Positions 12,545 through 24,830 of a stretch of DNA of 64,000 nt are shown here, one piece after another (the stretch's first letter is position 1; the number at the start of each line of letters is the position of its first letter). A program made the translations under genes and the position numbers. This DNA is from Octopus sinensis. Its lineage: Eukaryota. The stretch covers positions 7,998,001-8,062,000 of the forward strand of contig NC_043012.1 of assembly GCF_006345805.1 (NCBI RefSeq), in the 5' to 3' direction. The notes under the pieces are model-generated. The model saw only the letters and a list, made by a program, of their open reading frames with translations. It searched no databases and was not told the DNA's origin.

Positions 12545-12885
12545 TGAAGGTACATGGGTCAGTGGTTAGAGTGTTGGGTTCACAATCCTGAGGTAGTGAG
12601 TTTGATTCCTGGACCGGGCTGTGTATTGTGTCCTTGAGCAAGACACTTTATTTCACGTTGCTCCAGTTCTCTCAGCTGTAGAAATGAGTTGCGGCATCAC
12701 TGGTGCCAAGCTGTATCAGCCTTTGCCTTTCCCTCAGATAACATTAGTGGGAAGCTAGTATGGAGAGGGGAAGCTGGTATGGAGGGGCAACTGCATAAAC
12801 AACCTTGTCTGGACTTGTGTCTTGGTGGAGAACTTTCTAGGTGCCTCCTGTGGTCATTTATGACTAAAGGGGGTCGTTACGCCAT
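12545..12885 (+). mobile_element. tRNA-derived SINE, family D (also 21947-22285 and 37326-37520)
   Basis: Head atgggtcagtggttagagtgttgg...gagtttgattcctgg, body tgtgtccttgagcaagacactttatttcacgttgctccag; shared by three copies. Confidence 0.8.
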
Positions 12886-13265
12886 CATCATCATCGTTTA
12901 ACGTCTGCTTTCCATGCTGGCATGGGTTGGACGATTTGACTGAGGACTGGCAAACCAGATGGCTGTACCAGGCTCCTATCTGATCTGGCAGAGTTTCTAC
13001 AGCTGGATGCCCTTCCTAATGCCAACCACTCCAAGAGTGTAGTAGGTGCTTTTATGTGCCACCGGCACGAGGGCCAGTCAGGCGGTACTGGTAATGGCCA
13101 TGCTTAAATGGTGCTTTTTATGTGCCTCTTGCACAGGAGCCAGTCCAGTGGCACTGGCAACGACTGTGCTCGAATGTTTTTTCACCTGCCACCAGCACAG
13201 GTGCCAGTAAGGCGACGCTGGTAACGATCACGCTCAAATGGTGCTTTATCCATGCCACCAGCACG
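12883..13265 (-). mobile_element. Family A RTE 3'-end fragment
   Basis: catcatcatcgtttaacgtctgctttccatgc... followed by gtgccaccggcac modules. Confidence 0.85.
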
Positions 13266-13384
13266 GAACTTTACATTAGATAGAATAATCTGAATACTAA
13301 AAAGGTTAAAGCTAGTTGGGTGTGATGATTTCAGGATGATGGTGACATGTAAGAGATATACACCGCCGGAAGCTGAATACATGT

Positions 13385-13575
13385 CATTGATTGGTTGAAA
13401 TTACCGAAAAATGACAACTTTAACATGAAATAACTTTGAAAATACAAACTTTTTTCAACAACACTAAGAGTAAAAGATGTTTTATATGACACATTCTACC
13501 AGTGTCCGAAGTTTGAACGTGTTTAGTTACAAAAAATTAATTTCTCGATCTGCTGTGAAAAGGTAAAGATCCGCT
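13385..13575. repeat. Dispersed MITE-like repeat also embedded in the 16.6-18.3 kb array
   Basis: ttggttgaaattaccgaaa...gacacattctaccagtgtccgaagtttgaa...aaggtaaagatcc recurs at 18130-18315 and, truncated, in each array unit. Confidence 0.7.
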
Positions 13576-13929
13576 CCTTCTTCAAAATTTCAGGCCTTGT
13601 GCCCCTAGTAGAAAGAATTATATCTAATGAGTTAAATCTAAAATGAAATGAAAATCAAGTGAGTTATCAGCTGTTAAAATGTGTATACATTTTTTTGGAC
13701 ATCCTCTGTGTGTGTGTGTGTGTGTGTATATAAGTCATGTGGTTTAGTGGTCAGGTTATTCGGCTCATGATTGTAGGGTCATGAGTTTGAATGCTGGTGG
13801 AACACTGTTCTTAAGACAGCTGGCAAAAATGAATCGTACCTGTAGTTCAAAGGGCCAGCCTTGTCACTTTCTGTGCCACATCTGAATCTCCCTGAGAACT
13901 ACATTAAGGATACATGTGTCTGTGGCGAG

Positions 13930-14860
13930 CTTTGTTGGTAATAAAGGGCCTCTCTCACAGTGAAAGGCAGATTGTATGATGCCTATGAGCAAACAGCCAT
14001 GCTACATGGCAGGGAAACATGAGCTGTGACTACAGAGGACATGCAAAGGCTTGAAAGAAATGAAGCTAGCATGATTTGCTGGATGAGCAATATCAGTGAG
14101 CAGGTACAACAGAGAGTAAGTGTCTTGAGGTATCGGATGTACAGAAGACTGCGCTGGTATACTCTTGTACCCTTTTACTTGTTTCAGTCATTTGACTGTG
14201 GCCATGCTGGAGCACCGCCTTTAATCGAGCAACTCGACTCCGGGACTTATTCTTTTGTAAGCCCAGTACTTATTCTATCGGTCTCTTTTGCCGAACCGCT
14301 AAGTAACGGGGACACAAACACACTAGCATCGGTTGTCAAGCAATGCTAGGGGCACAAACACAGACACACAAACACAGACACACAAACACACACACGCATA
14401 TATATATATATATACACACGACGGGCTTCTTTTCAGTTTCCGTCAACCAAATCCACTTACAAGGCTTTGGTCGGCCCGAGGCTATAGTAGAAGACACTTG
14501 CCCAAGATGCCACGCAGTGGGACTGAACCCGTAACCATGTGGTTGGTAAGCAAGCTACTTACCACGGTCATGAGAAGCACATGAACAAGGACAAATGCAT
14601 ATAGAAGTACTGATTGCTAATTGCTGAGGGAACCTGTGGAGGAGATAGATCCAGGACGATGTGGAGTGAGGTAGTGAAATATGATCTTCCTGTTCTTGAG
14701 TCTCATGGAGATGATGACAAGTGACCGAAATTTCTGGGAATTTTTTTGTGCTTGAGAAGACATGTGAAGCTGAGTGAAACCACAGTGAAGGCCAGTGCTG
14801 GTGACATGTAAGAGACACTCAATGGGACACTCAGCACAATCTGTAAAGTAGTTGGCATTA
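13930..14860 (+). mobile_element. Decayed RTE 3' fragment interrupted by SINE-B (14160-14566, -)
   Basis: ...RLERNEASMICWM...RRLRWY | SINE | GHEKHMNKDKC...EGTCGGDRSRTMWSEVVKYDL. Confidence 0.8.
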
Positions 14861-16031
14861 AGAAAGGCATCTAGCAGCAGTGGTGGCTCATAGATAAAAT
14901 TATTAGGAGTGCTGCTTCAGAGAAGTTTTAGCCATTGTTTTAATATTGTGTAAAAGGAAACAAACATAAAAAGCAAATTTATACATAAACTTGATTGGTT
15001 CACATTTTAGCCACTGCCAGATAACGTGTTTAATTTATTCACTGAACACCACTGCGAATTCCCCTTGTTTTTTCAAAAATCCCCTCTAAATCACAAAATA
15101 AGGGAGGGGTGGAAATATGCCCTATTTTTCAAATCTTGGCAGCAACACTGTAGCTAGAAGCAGGATAATAATCGAATTCTACACTTTATCACATTCAAGA
15201 ATATAAACATGTTTCTATGCACAACACATGTGGAGTCACAAAGAAACACTACCTTTCACCAGCACACCAGGGTTGGCACTGCATGAAACATAGTGTGCTC
15301 TCTCTCCATGGTATACAGCTTCCTATCTTGGACATGCACCAAACACTGCATCGATAGAACTATGGAAGCACCAAACACCGCGTAGCTGGAAATGTGAAGT
15401 ACACAGTTCTATACAAGGATTTTTGTATTTTTTTCATAAACTAGGAGATGGCTACTGACATTAAGCTTAAGGATTATATAATGTACAAGTATAAAGAAAG
15501 AATTAAAGAAGAAAGGACTCATTATATTGAATGTCAAGGATAATATCGAATGGAATTAGGAGGTGTTGCAGTTCCGCAGTGCCTATACATGAGCCGCCAC
15601 AGTCGAGCAGTAAAAAAGCAAGCCAGAATGGATGACTGGAGTGTGGTGTACCTCTCCAGTTTACCAATTCCAGTCAAACCATCTAAACCATGCCAGCATG
15701 AAAAATAGATGTTAAATGATGATGATGATGATATGACAGGCTTCTCTCAGTTTCTGTCTAGCAAATCCATTCACAAGGCTTTGGTCAGTTCAAGGCTATA
15801 GTAGAAGACATTTGTCCATGGTGCCATGCAGTGGGACTGAACCCAGAACCATGTGGCTGAGAAGCAAGCTTCTTACCACCCAGCTACACCTGCAACCATA
15901 CATCATTATTTTTCTAAATTTTACCAACATAATCACAGTCTACTCCATTGCAAACCTAGTCTGCAAAATTTCATAGTTTGAACTTTTCAGAAGGTTACAA
16001 GGTCACAATGCACTCTTCCAGCAGCACCCTT

Positions 16032-16424
16032 ACTCTTTTACTCTTTTACTTGTTTCAGTCATTTGACTGCGGCCATGCTGGAGCACCGCCTTTAGTCGAG
16101 CAAATCGACCCCGGGACTTATTCTTTGTAAGCCCAGTACTTATTCTATCGGTCTCTTTTGCCGAACCGCTAAGTGACGGGGACACAAACACACCAGCATC
16201 GGTTGTCAAGCAATGCTAGGGGGACAAACACACACACACACTTACACATATATACACATATACGACAGGCTTCTTTCAGTTTCCGTCTACCAAATCCACT
16301 CACAAGGCATTGGTCTGCCCGGGGCTATAGCAGAAGACACTTGGCCAAAGTGCCACGCAGTGGGACTGAACCCGGAACCATGTGGTTGGTAAGCAAGCTA
16401 CTTACCACACAGCCACTCCTGCGC
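16032..16424 (-). mobile_element. SINE-B, young full-length copy
   Basis: Near-identical to copies at 18569-18968, 27831-28229 and 29805-30197. Confidence 0.9.
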
Positions 16425-16585
16425 CTTTGTTAACTTTCTGTATATCTCTCTTTTTCTCTTTCTTTTTCTTCTCTTTCAATATATCTAAAAACTCTATCTA
16501 CATACTCATTGCTTTGTTGCTAATATTTCAAATAATTAACGACCCCATCTACAGATAAATAAGTGCATTGCTAATGATTTAAGTA

Positions 16586-18265
16586 AGAGGTAATACAAAC
16601 AATGAACTCAATATCTGGCCATTCTTTGCAATGTTTATCTTATAACTTTCACATTTATTAATCTGTAATTGTCATTATTATTTATCTTTCATTTCTTTAT
16701 CTCTTAACTGAAGATACGTGAATCCTAGTTAGAAGACTGTCGGGCAGTAGTACTTTTCAAAGTAGCTGGTACCAACCCTGGGGGTGTTGTGGAAAATTTG
16801 AAATACAGTAAATCCTCGAGTATAATCCGCATTTTTTCCCCAAAATTTAAAGGTCAAAACCTTGTATATATTGGTTGAAATTACCAAAATACGAGAACTT
16901 TAATGAGAAATAACTTCGTAAATGTAAGTTTTTCTCAAAAATGCTAAGAGTAAAAGATGTTTTATATGACACATTCTACCAGTGTCCAAAGTTTGAAAAT
17001 AAGAAGCTATACAAACAATGAACTCAATATCTGGCCATTCTTTGCAATGTTTATCTTATAACTTTCACATTTATTAATCTGTAATTGTCATTATTATCTT
17101 TTTTTTTTTTATCTTTCATTACTTATCTCTTAACTGAAGATACGTGAATCCTAGTTAGAAGACTGTCGGGCAGCAGTACTTTTCAAAGTAGCTGGTACCA
17201 ACCTCGGGGGTGTTGTGGAAAATTTGAAATACAGTAAATCCTCGAGTATAATCCGCATTTTTACCCCCAAATTTAAAGGTCAAAACCTTGTTTATATTGG
17301 TTGAAATTACCGAAATACAAGAACTTTAATGTGAAATAACTTTGTAAATATAAGTTTTTCTCAAAAATGCTAAGAGTAAAACATATTTTATATGACACAT
17401 TCTACCAGTGTCCAAAGTTTGAAAATAAGAGGCAATACAAACAATGAACTCAATATCTGGCCATTCTTTGCAATGTTTATTTATAACTTTCACATTTATT
17501 AATCTGTAATTGTCATTATTATTTATCTTTCATTTCTTTATCTCTTAACTGAAGATACGTGAATCCTAGTTAGAAGACTGTCGGGCAGTAGTACTTTTCA
17601 AAGTAGCTGGTACCAACCCTGGGGGTGTTGTGGAAAATTTGAAATACAGTAAATCCTCGAGTATAATCCGCATTTTTTCCCCAAAATTTAAAGGTCAAAA
17701 CCTTGTTTATATTGGTTGAAATTACCGAAATACAAGAACTTTAATGAGAAATAACTTCGTAAATATAAGTTTTTCTCAAAAATGCTAAGAGTAAAACATA
17801 TTTTATATGACACATTCTACCAACGTCCAAAGTTTGAAAATAAGAGGCAATACAAACAATGTACTCAATATCTGGCCATTCTTTGCAGTGTTTATCTTAT
17901 AACTTTCACATTTATTAATCTGTAATTGTCATTATTATCTTTTTTTTTTTATCTTTCATTTCTTTATCTCTTAACTGAAGATACGTGAATCCTAGTTAGA
18001 AGACTGTCGGGCAGCAGTACTTTTCAAAGTAGCTGGTACCAACCCCAGGGGTGTTGTGGAAAATTTGAAATACAGTAAATCCTCGAGTATAATCCGCATT
18101 TTTTCCCCAAAATTTAAAGGTCAAAACCTCGTATATATTGGTTGAAATTACCGAAATACAAGAACTTTAATGTGAAATAACTTCGTAAATATAAGTTTTT
18201 CTCAAAAATGCTAAGAGTAAAAGATGTTTTATATGACTCATTCTACCAGTGTCCGAAGTTTGAAA
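16586..18265. repeat. Tandem array, 4 units of 415-426 bp with ABAB higher-order structure
   Basis: Unit marker tacaaacaatg at 16594, 17010, 17436, 17851. Each unit holds a pogo/Tc1-TIR-like cagtaaatcctcgagtataatccgc and a truncated MITE piece. Confidence 0.95.
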
Positions 18266-18314
18266 GTGTTTAGCTACAAAAAACTATTTTTTAAAATCTG
18301 TTGGTCAAAAGGTA

Positions 18315-18545
18315 AAGATCCCATTTTTATGCCCATCTCTGTAAAGCAGTTGTTTACCAGGATGGAAATGAGGATCGGTGCATTGTCCTGGTGCAGTTGC
18401 TCTGACCTTTTGTGACAAAATCTCTTCTTGAACTCCTTCAAAATCTCTACGAAATCCTGCTTGTTGACTGTCTGGCCAGCGGGAACCCAGTGGATGTAAA
18501 TGGTGCGTTTGTTGTCGATAAAAGGGGTCATCATGAGATTCCTGG
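18315..18545 (-). mobile_element. Mariner transposase catalytic-domain fragment
   Basis: FIDNKRTIYIHWVPAGQTVNKQDFVEILK...LHQDNAP matches the mariner VP.GQTVN and HDNAP motifs. Confidence 0.8.
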
Positions 18546-18568
18546 TGGACTTGCTTTGTCTGGTCTCT

Positions 18569-18968
18569 CTCTTTTACTTGTTTCAGTCATTTGACTGCGG
18601 TCATGCTGGAGCACCGCCTTTAGTCGAGCAAATCGACCCCGGGACTTATTCTTTGTAAGCCCAGTACTTATTCTATCGGTCTCTTTTGCCGAACCGCTAA
18701 GTGACGGGGACGTAAACACACCAGCATCAGTTGTCAAGCAATGCTACGGGGACAAACACAGACACACAAACATATACACACACACTTATATATATGTACA
18801 TATATACGACAGGCTTCTTTCAGTTTCTGTCTACCAAATCCACTCACAAGGCATTGGTCGGCCCGGGGCTATAGCAGAAGACACTTGCCCAAGATGCCAC
18901 ACAGTGGGACTGAACCCGGAACCATGTGGTTGGTTAGCAAGCTACTTACCACACAGCCACTCCTGCGC
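18569..18968 (-). mobile_element. SINE-B full-length copy
   Basis: Same consensus as 16032-16424. Confidence 0.9.
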
Positions 18969-19399
18969 CTATGTGAAAAAACATGTTCAGTTCACACAAG
19001 TTAATCCCTAAGCAGTTCGGAGCATTTCATAAATTTCTATAGCATTTTTGCTCAGTCTAACATAAAACTTTGCAAATTGTCTTTAGGTCCTGACTGCATT
19101 CTGCAAACTAGCCAGCTGTGAAAAGCAATGTTTAGCAGGGTGTGTTTAAAGTGCTGTTGCAGCTGTCTCCTACAATCTGGAACAACAAAAGTTGGCAGGT
19201 CTGCTTGTTAGATGTATAATAATAATATTATAAAATTACAATAATCTAGGACAATTAATATTGCCGCCCCTAAAAAAAGTCTCAAAACTTCTGGAATGCA
19301 CTTTGTATGCTCCACATCATTTGTAGAAAGGCCCCCTCACCTGATTGGCATAAAGGCAATCATAAGAACACACCAAACCCTGCCACACAGACATGCCGT

Positions 19400-19715
19400 A
19401 TCCTCTCTTTGACTCTTCTACTGCTACTACAGTGACCTCGGCTTGTCTTGTGACATCTTTACTCTGACATAACCCCACTCTCACTCACACTCATCTCTCC
19501 TCCTCTCACCACCTACATTGTCTTTAATCCCACAGGGCATGCACTTAGTCCTGATGCCCGTTCCTTCCACCCCAGAATATTGACTCTCTGGAAGTACCTC
19601 ACCGCAAGTCTTTCCAGCAGTTGTTGACTTGAGAAACCTGTATAAATCTTACAGATGTTACAGGAGATCCAAGTGCCATGTGTGCAGCCTCTTCCTCAAG
19701 ACCAAACATATACAC
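19400..19715 (+). mobile_element. Possible CR1-group LINE 3' relic
   Basis: RSFHPRILTLWKYLTAS resembles the recalled SFFPRT..LWNSLP C-terminal motif. Confidence 0.4.
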
Positions 19716-19743
19716 ACACATACATACATATATATATATAAAA

Positions 19744-19965
19744 GGCGGCGAGCTGGCAGAAACGTTAGCACACCGGGCGAAATGCTTTGCGGTATTTCGT
19801 CTGTCGTTACGTTCTGAGTTCAAATTCCGCCAAGGTCGACTTTGTCTTTCATCCTTTTGGGGTTGATAAATAAAGTACCAGTTTCACACTGGGGTCGATG
19901 TAATCGACTTAATCCATTTGCCCTTGTTTGTCTCCTCTATGTTTAGCCCCTTGTGGGTAGTAAAG

Positions 19966-19970
<5 letters not shown>
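19744..19970 (+). mobile_element. SINE family C with Deu/Nin-like central domain
   Basis: ggcggcgagctggcagaaacgttagc head; gagttcaaattccgcc...ggtcgactttg.ctttcatccttt.gggg..gataaa..aagtaccag resembles the recalled Deu/Nin SINE domain. More than 10 copies in the window. Confidence 0.8.
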
Positions 19971-20000
<30 letters not shown>

Positions 20001-20002
<2 letters not shown>

Positions 20003-21516
20003 CTAACTGGGAAGATAGTTTTTGTATGTGGCAGATGCTCGGGAGCATTAACCTCCGAAAATCTGCAGAAAACAACTTCCGTCACTTTCCAGGGGGAAAA
20101 ACTAGAAGTAGTTGATAGCTTCCGTTATCTAGGTGACCAAGTCAGTAGTGGGGGTGGGTGCGCTGAAAGTGTAACTGCTAGAATAAGAATAGCCTGGGCA
20201 AAGTTTAGGGAGCTCTTACCTCTGCTGGTGACTAAAGGCCTCTCGCTCAGAGTAAAAGGCAGACTGTATGATGCGTGTGTACGAACAGCCATGCTACATG
20301 GCAGCGAAACATGGGCTGTGACTGCTGAGGACATGCGTAAGCTCGTGAGGAATGAAGCCAGTATGCTCCGATGGATGTGTAATGTCAGTGTACATACTCG
20401 ACAGAGCGTTAGCACCTTGAGAGAAATGTTGTACCTAAGAAGCATCAGTTGTGGTGTGCAAGAGAGACGATTGCGCTGGTATGGTCATGTGGCGAGAATG
20501 GATGAAGATAGGTGTGTGAGAAAGTGCCAATCCCTAGCAGTTGAGGGAACCCGTGGAAGAGGTAGACCCAGGAAAACCTGGGACGAGGTGGTGAAGCACG
20601 ACCTTCGAACTTTAGGCCTCACTGAGGAAATGACCAGAGACCGAGACCTTTGGAAATATTCTGTACGTGAGAAGACCAGGCAGGACAAGTGAGCCCAGCC
20701 CACTTATGAATGCCTTTCCTCCCTTGGACACAAAGACCGGTTGAGGCAAGCGAAGTCGATATAGAACCTCATCCGACGACAGACACCCATCCCAACCCCC
20801 CATGCTTGCGAAGACATGTTGGGGCAAGCGAAATCGAAATCGAAATCGAAACCGAATTGAACCAGCCAGGATCCCTGGCTGGTGGTACGTAAAAAGCACT
20901 ATCCGACTCGGGGCCGTGGCACGTAAAATACTCCAATGCGACCGTACGACAGGCACCCATGCCAACCCCCTTTGCTTGTGAAGACATGTTGGGGCAAGCG
21001 AAATCGAAATCGAATTGAACCAGCCAGGATCCCTGGTCTGGTGGTACGTAAAAAGCACTATCCGACTCGTGGCCGTGGCACGTAAAATACTCCAATGCGA
21101 CCGTACGACAGGCACCCTTGCCAACCCCCTTTGCTTGTGAAGACATGTTGGGGCAAGCGAAATCGAAATCGAATTGAACCAGCCAGGATCCCTGGTCTGG
21201 TGGTACGTAAAAAGCACTATCCGACTCGTGGCCGATGCCAGCACCGCCTCGACTGGCTTCCGTGCCGGTGGCACATAAAATACACCAATCTGACCGTGGC
21301 CGTTGCCAGCCCCGCCTGGCACCTGTGCAGGTGGCACGTAAAAAGCACCCACTACACTCACGGAGTGGTTGGCGTTAGGAAGGGCATCCAGCTGTAGAAA
21401 CATTGCCAAATTAGACTGGAGCCTGGTGCAGCCTTCTGGCTTCCCAGAACCCCGGTCGAACCGTCCAACCCATGCTAGCATGGAGAACGGACGTTAAACG
21501 ACGATGATGATGATGA

Positions 21517-21520
<4 letters not shown>
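20001..21520 (+). mobile_element. 5'-truncated RTE LINE with tandemly expanded 3' UTR, inserted in a TA tract
   Basis: RT C-terminus KGRLYDACVRTAMLHGSETW...RRLRWYGHV...GRGRPRKTW (stop 20692); 159-170-bp UTR repeats; (GAT)n tail; (TA)n on both flanks. Confidence 0.95.
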
Positions 21521-21566
<46 letters not shown>

Positions 21567-22809
21567 TATATATATTATATATGTATCCACACACACACAC
21601 ATATATATGACGGGCTTCTTTCAGTTTCCATCTACCAAATTCACACACAAGGCTTTGGTTGGTCTGAGGCTATAGTAGAAGACACCCAAGGTGCCATGCA
21701 ATGGGACTGAACTCAGACTTTTTCAAGAATATTCCTTGAATAAAATTACTTAAATTGTTCTTCCAAGTCAGAATAGAGGAACAATAAATCTACAAATACT
21801 GCATTTTGATGTACTGTAAAAAAAACAGCATAAAAAGGTGTGGGAGCAAACTTTTGTATTAAGATCATATAAGCCTAGGGTTATAAATGAAAGTAAAAAA
21901 GAAAAAATGAAACCGGCAATATACAAATTTAAACCTGGCTATCAAGAGGCATATGGTTCAGTGGTTAGAGTGTTGGACCCATAATCATGAGGTAGTGAGT
22001 TCAATTCCTGGAGTGGGCTGTGTGTTGCGTCCTTGAGCAAGACACTTTATTTCACGTTGCTCCAGTTCACTCAGCTGTAGAAATGAGTTGCAATGTCACT
22101 GGCGCCAAGCTGTATTGGCCCCTTTGCCTTTCCCTTGGGTAACATTGGTGGCATGGAGAGTGGAGTCTGGTATGCATGAACATCTGTTGGTCTTTCATAA
22201 ACAACCTTGTCTGGATTTGTGCCTAGGTAGGGACTCTGGAACTTTCTAGGTGCAATCCCATGATCATTCATGACCAAAAGGGGATCTCTCTATCCAGAGT
22301 AAGTGAAAACGAATTAGTAAATACTTCACAGTAAGTAATTAAAGATTATTAGACATTTCTGTTTTAATTTCTCAACGGCATAATTTAGCCAACTTATTAA
22401 GGTAGCAGCATAAAAAAACATGGCATTATCATCATTCATCATTCATTTAGCGTCCGTTTTCCATGCTAGCATTGGTTGGACGGTTCAACTGGGGTCTGGG
22501 GAGCCCGAAGGCTGCACCAGGCCAGTCAGATCTGGCAGTGTTTCTACAGCATTAATTATATATTAATCAAAAAACAAAATACATTTAAACGTGCAAATAT
22601 TTGAAAGTTTATGTAAGAAGAATCTATGAATCGCTTTTAAATGTATATGTTTTTAAAATAAAAAAAATATTTTTCTCTAAAATGCTACCTTTATAAGATA
22701 ACTAAATGATGTTGAGAAATAAAAACAGAACCATATCATCCTGGAGTTTAATTGAATACTGCTATTTACTTATTTGTTCTGCTTACGCTGGATATTTTTA
22801 TCTTTTTAT

Positions 22810-23171
22810 CTTTTACTTGTTTCAGTCATTTGACTGCGGCCATGCTGGAGTACCACCTTTAGTCGAGCAACTCGACCCCGGGACTTATTCTTTGTAAGCC
22901 CAGTACTTATTCTATCGGTCTCTTTTGCCGAACCACAAATTTACGGGGACATAAACACACCAGAATCAGTTGTCAAGCAATGCTAGGGGGACAAACACAG
23001 ACACACACACATATATACGACGGGCTTCTTTCAGTTTCCGTCTACCAAATCCACTCACAAGGCTTTGGTCGGCCCGAGGCTATAGAAGAAGACACTTGCC
23101 CAAGGTGCCACGCAGTGGGACTGAACCCGGAACCATGTGGTTGGTAAGCAAGCTACTTATCACACAGCCAC
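22810..23171 (-). mobile_element. SINE-B copy
   Basis: Family B consensus. Confidence 0.85.
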
Positions 23172-23483
23172 ATAGCCAAAATTATTTTTTCACATTCCCA
23201 TCTATATTTTCAAATCTCCACCAATATATTCCAAAACTATTTCTAATTTAGACACAAATCGGGCAATTTAAAGAGAATAAGATTAATATCCCAGTAACAT
23301 ATTTTATTATAAACCCAGGGAGAATGAAAAGCAAATTTGAGTTGGGCGGGATTTGAACACAAAATGTAAAGAACAGGCGATCTTTCGGAGAAAGTATATC
23401 AAGCTTTAAAGTATTTGTTCTGCAATTTCCGTAAAAATTTCTTATTCAATTCTTTTTAGCTGATTCGCTTATGTTTATGTATG

Positions 23484-23531
<48 letters not shown>

Positions 23532-24445
23532 ACGTACGTACGTACATACGTACGTACATACGTACGTATATATGTATGTATGTATGTATGTTTGTATGTA
23601 TGTATGTGTAACTGTATATGTAAATATACGCGTTTATGTGCATGTATGTATATTTATGTATGTATGAGTTTAACAAATTTATAATTAACAACATAAATTT
23701 AAACCCTTCTAACTTCTTTATTATAAATATTCCAAAACAATAACAACGGTATTTGTCATAGGCATGCAAAGCTTTATCAAGAGTAGATCTTTCGAAAGTT
23801 TTCAGATTAAGGTTTGTAGATGAGAAATCGATAACGATCCTGATATGCTTTGGTCGAAGTCTCAGAAACGACATATGACCAAAAGAAATGAGAGGAGGGG
23901 AGGCAGTGCGTTGAAATAAAATAGAGTTACCTGCCCTTATTCTCAGACTTAGGCGATGACTTGATCTCAGTCATGAGAAAGAGTTCTTCAACAACAACGT
24001 GACACACAAGTTGTCATTTACTGTAACATTAGCAGCAGGAAGAACAACAACGAGAGCAACATTTCTTGTTCGCAGATTACTCATGGCTATAATTATATGA
24101 ATTACATCAATTAATTAACACAACTCACTTCTGCAATAACGACTTTTTTTTTTATCCCAGTACAAAATGTTTGGAAAAGAACCACATCCTTCGGCCCTCG
24201 ATATATAATAACTGTTTACTTTTAAATCTAAAAAAAAGGTGGAAAAAGAAAAAGAAGATAAAGGAAAACAAAACGAAAACATTGACAAACTTTGATTGCA
24301 TTCTCTCTACTTATATTCTATCTATATACTCAGAGAGAAAGAGATGCGTAAATATACATAGTTATATATAATACTAAGCCTATATATATATATATATATA
24401 CATACGTACTTGTTTTTAAGTGTCAAATCAACGAAGAAAAACAAC

Positions 24446-24591
24446 ATGAAGGTAGAAATATTAAAAGTTATTCTACTTATTGCCCTCTTCGTAGTCACCG
24501 TGGTATGTGGTTTTCTTCCTGTCAAACTGGTTTCCTACTCCCAACGACAAACGGCCCAGGGTGGTACTACACGGCAGTCCAATCGGAAGCG
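24446..24591 (+). CDS. SLC39A1/3-like: ZIP zinc transporter, coding exon 1 (MKVEILKVILLIALFVVTVVCGFLPVKLV...NRK-R)
   Basis: ATG 24446 in aacATGa context; hydrophobic TM1 ending GFLP typical of ZIP subfamily II; donor AAGCG|GTAAAC at 24592 (phase 2) joins in frame to acceptor TTTCAG|T at 33007. Confidence 0.88.
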
Positions 24592-24611
24592 GTAAACTAT
24601 TTTATTAATTT

Positions 24612-24830
24612 TATTATTATCATCATTATTATTATTATTATTATTTAAGACGTCGCACTGTATCCAATATTGTGATGTTGATTGAAGATATTGTGTGTCT
24701 ACCGAGGGGTTTGTTCTGTCTGTCAAGTCACAAGGACCCCAGACAGACAGTATTTTACGCAATACACATGCAGTTCCAACTAATGCCGATTTTTGCAATA
24801 CCCTAGATCGTAGAGTATTTCTAAGGTTTC
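24612..24830 (-). mobile_element. 3' end of an R4/Dong-type RLE LINE with (AAT)n tail
   Basis: VLQKSALVGTACVLRKILS parallels KITLVGTAHILRKTFS at the end of the 50.4-52.8 kb element. Confidence 0.65.

Noticed and set aside
14878-15602. Possible TIR pair cagtggtggctcat / atgagccgccacag
   Set aside because: Only 12/14 match and no TSD identified; too weak to call.
16700-16745. CTGAAGA-tacgt-GAATC in each array unit, and ATGAAGA...hairpin...GAATC at ~42085
   Set aside because: GAAA is not intact and stems are out of register; not called hammerheads.
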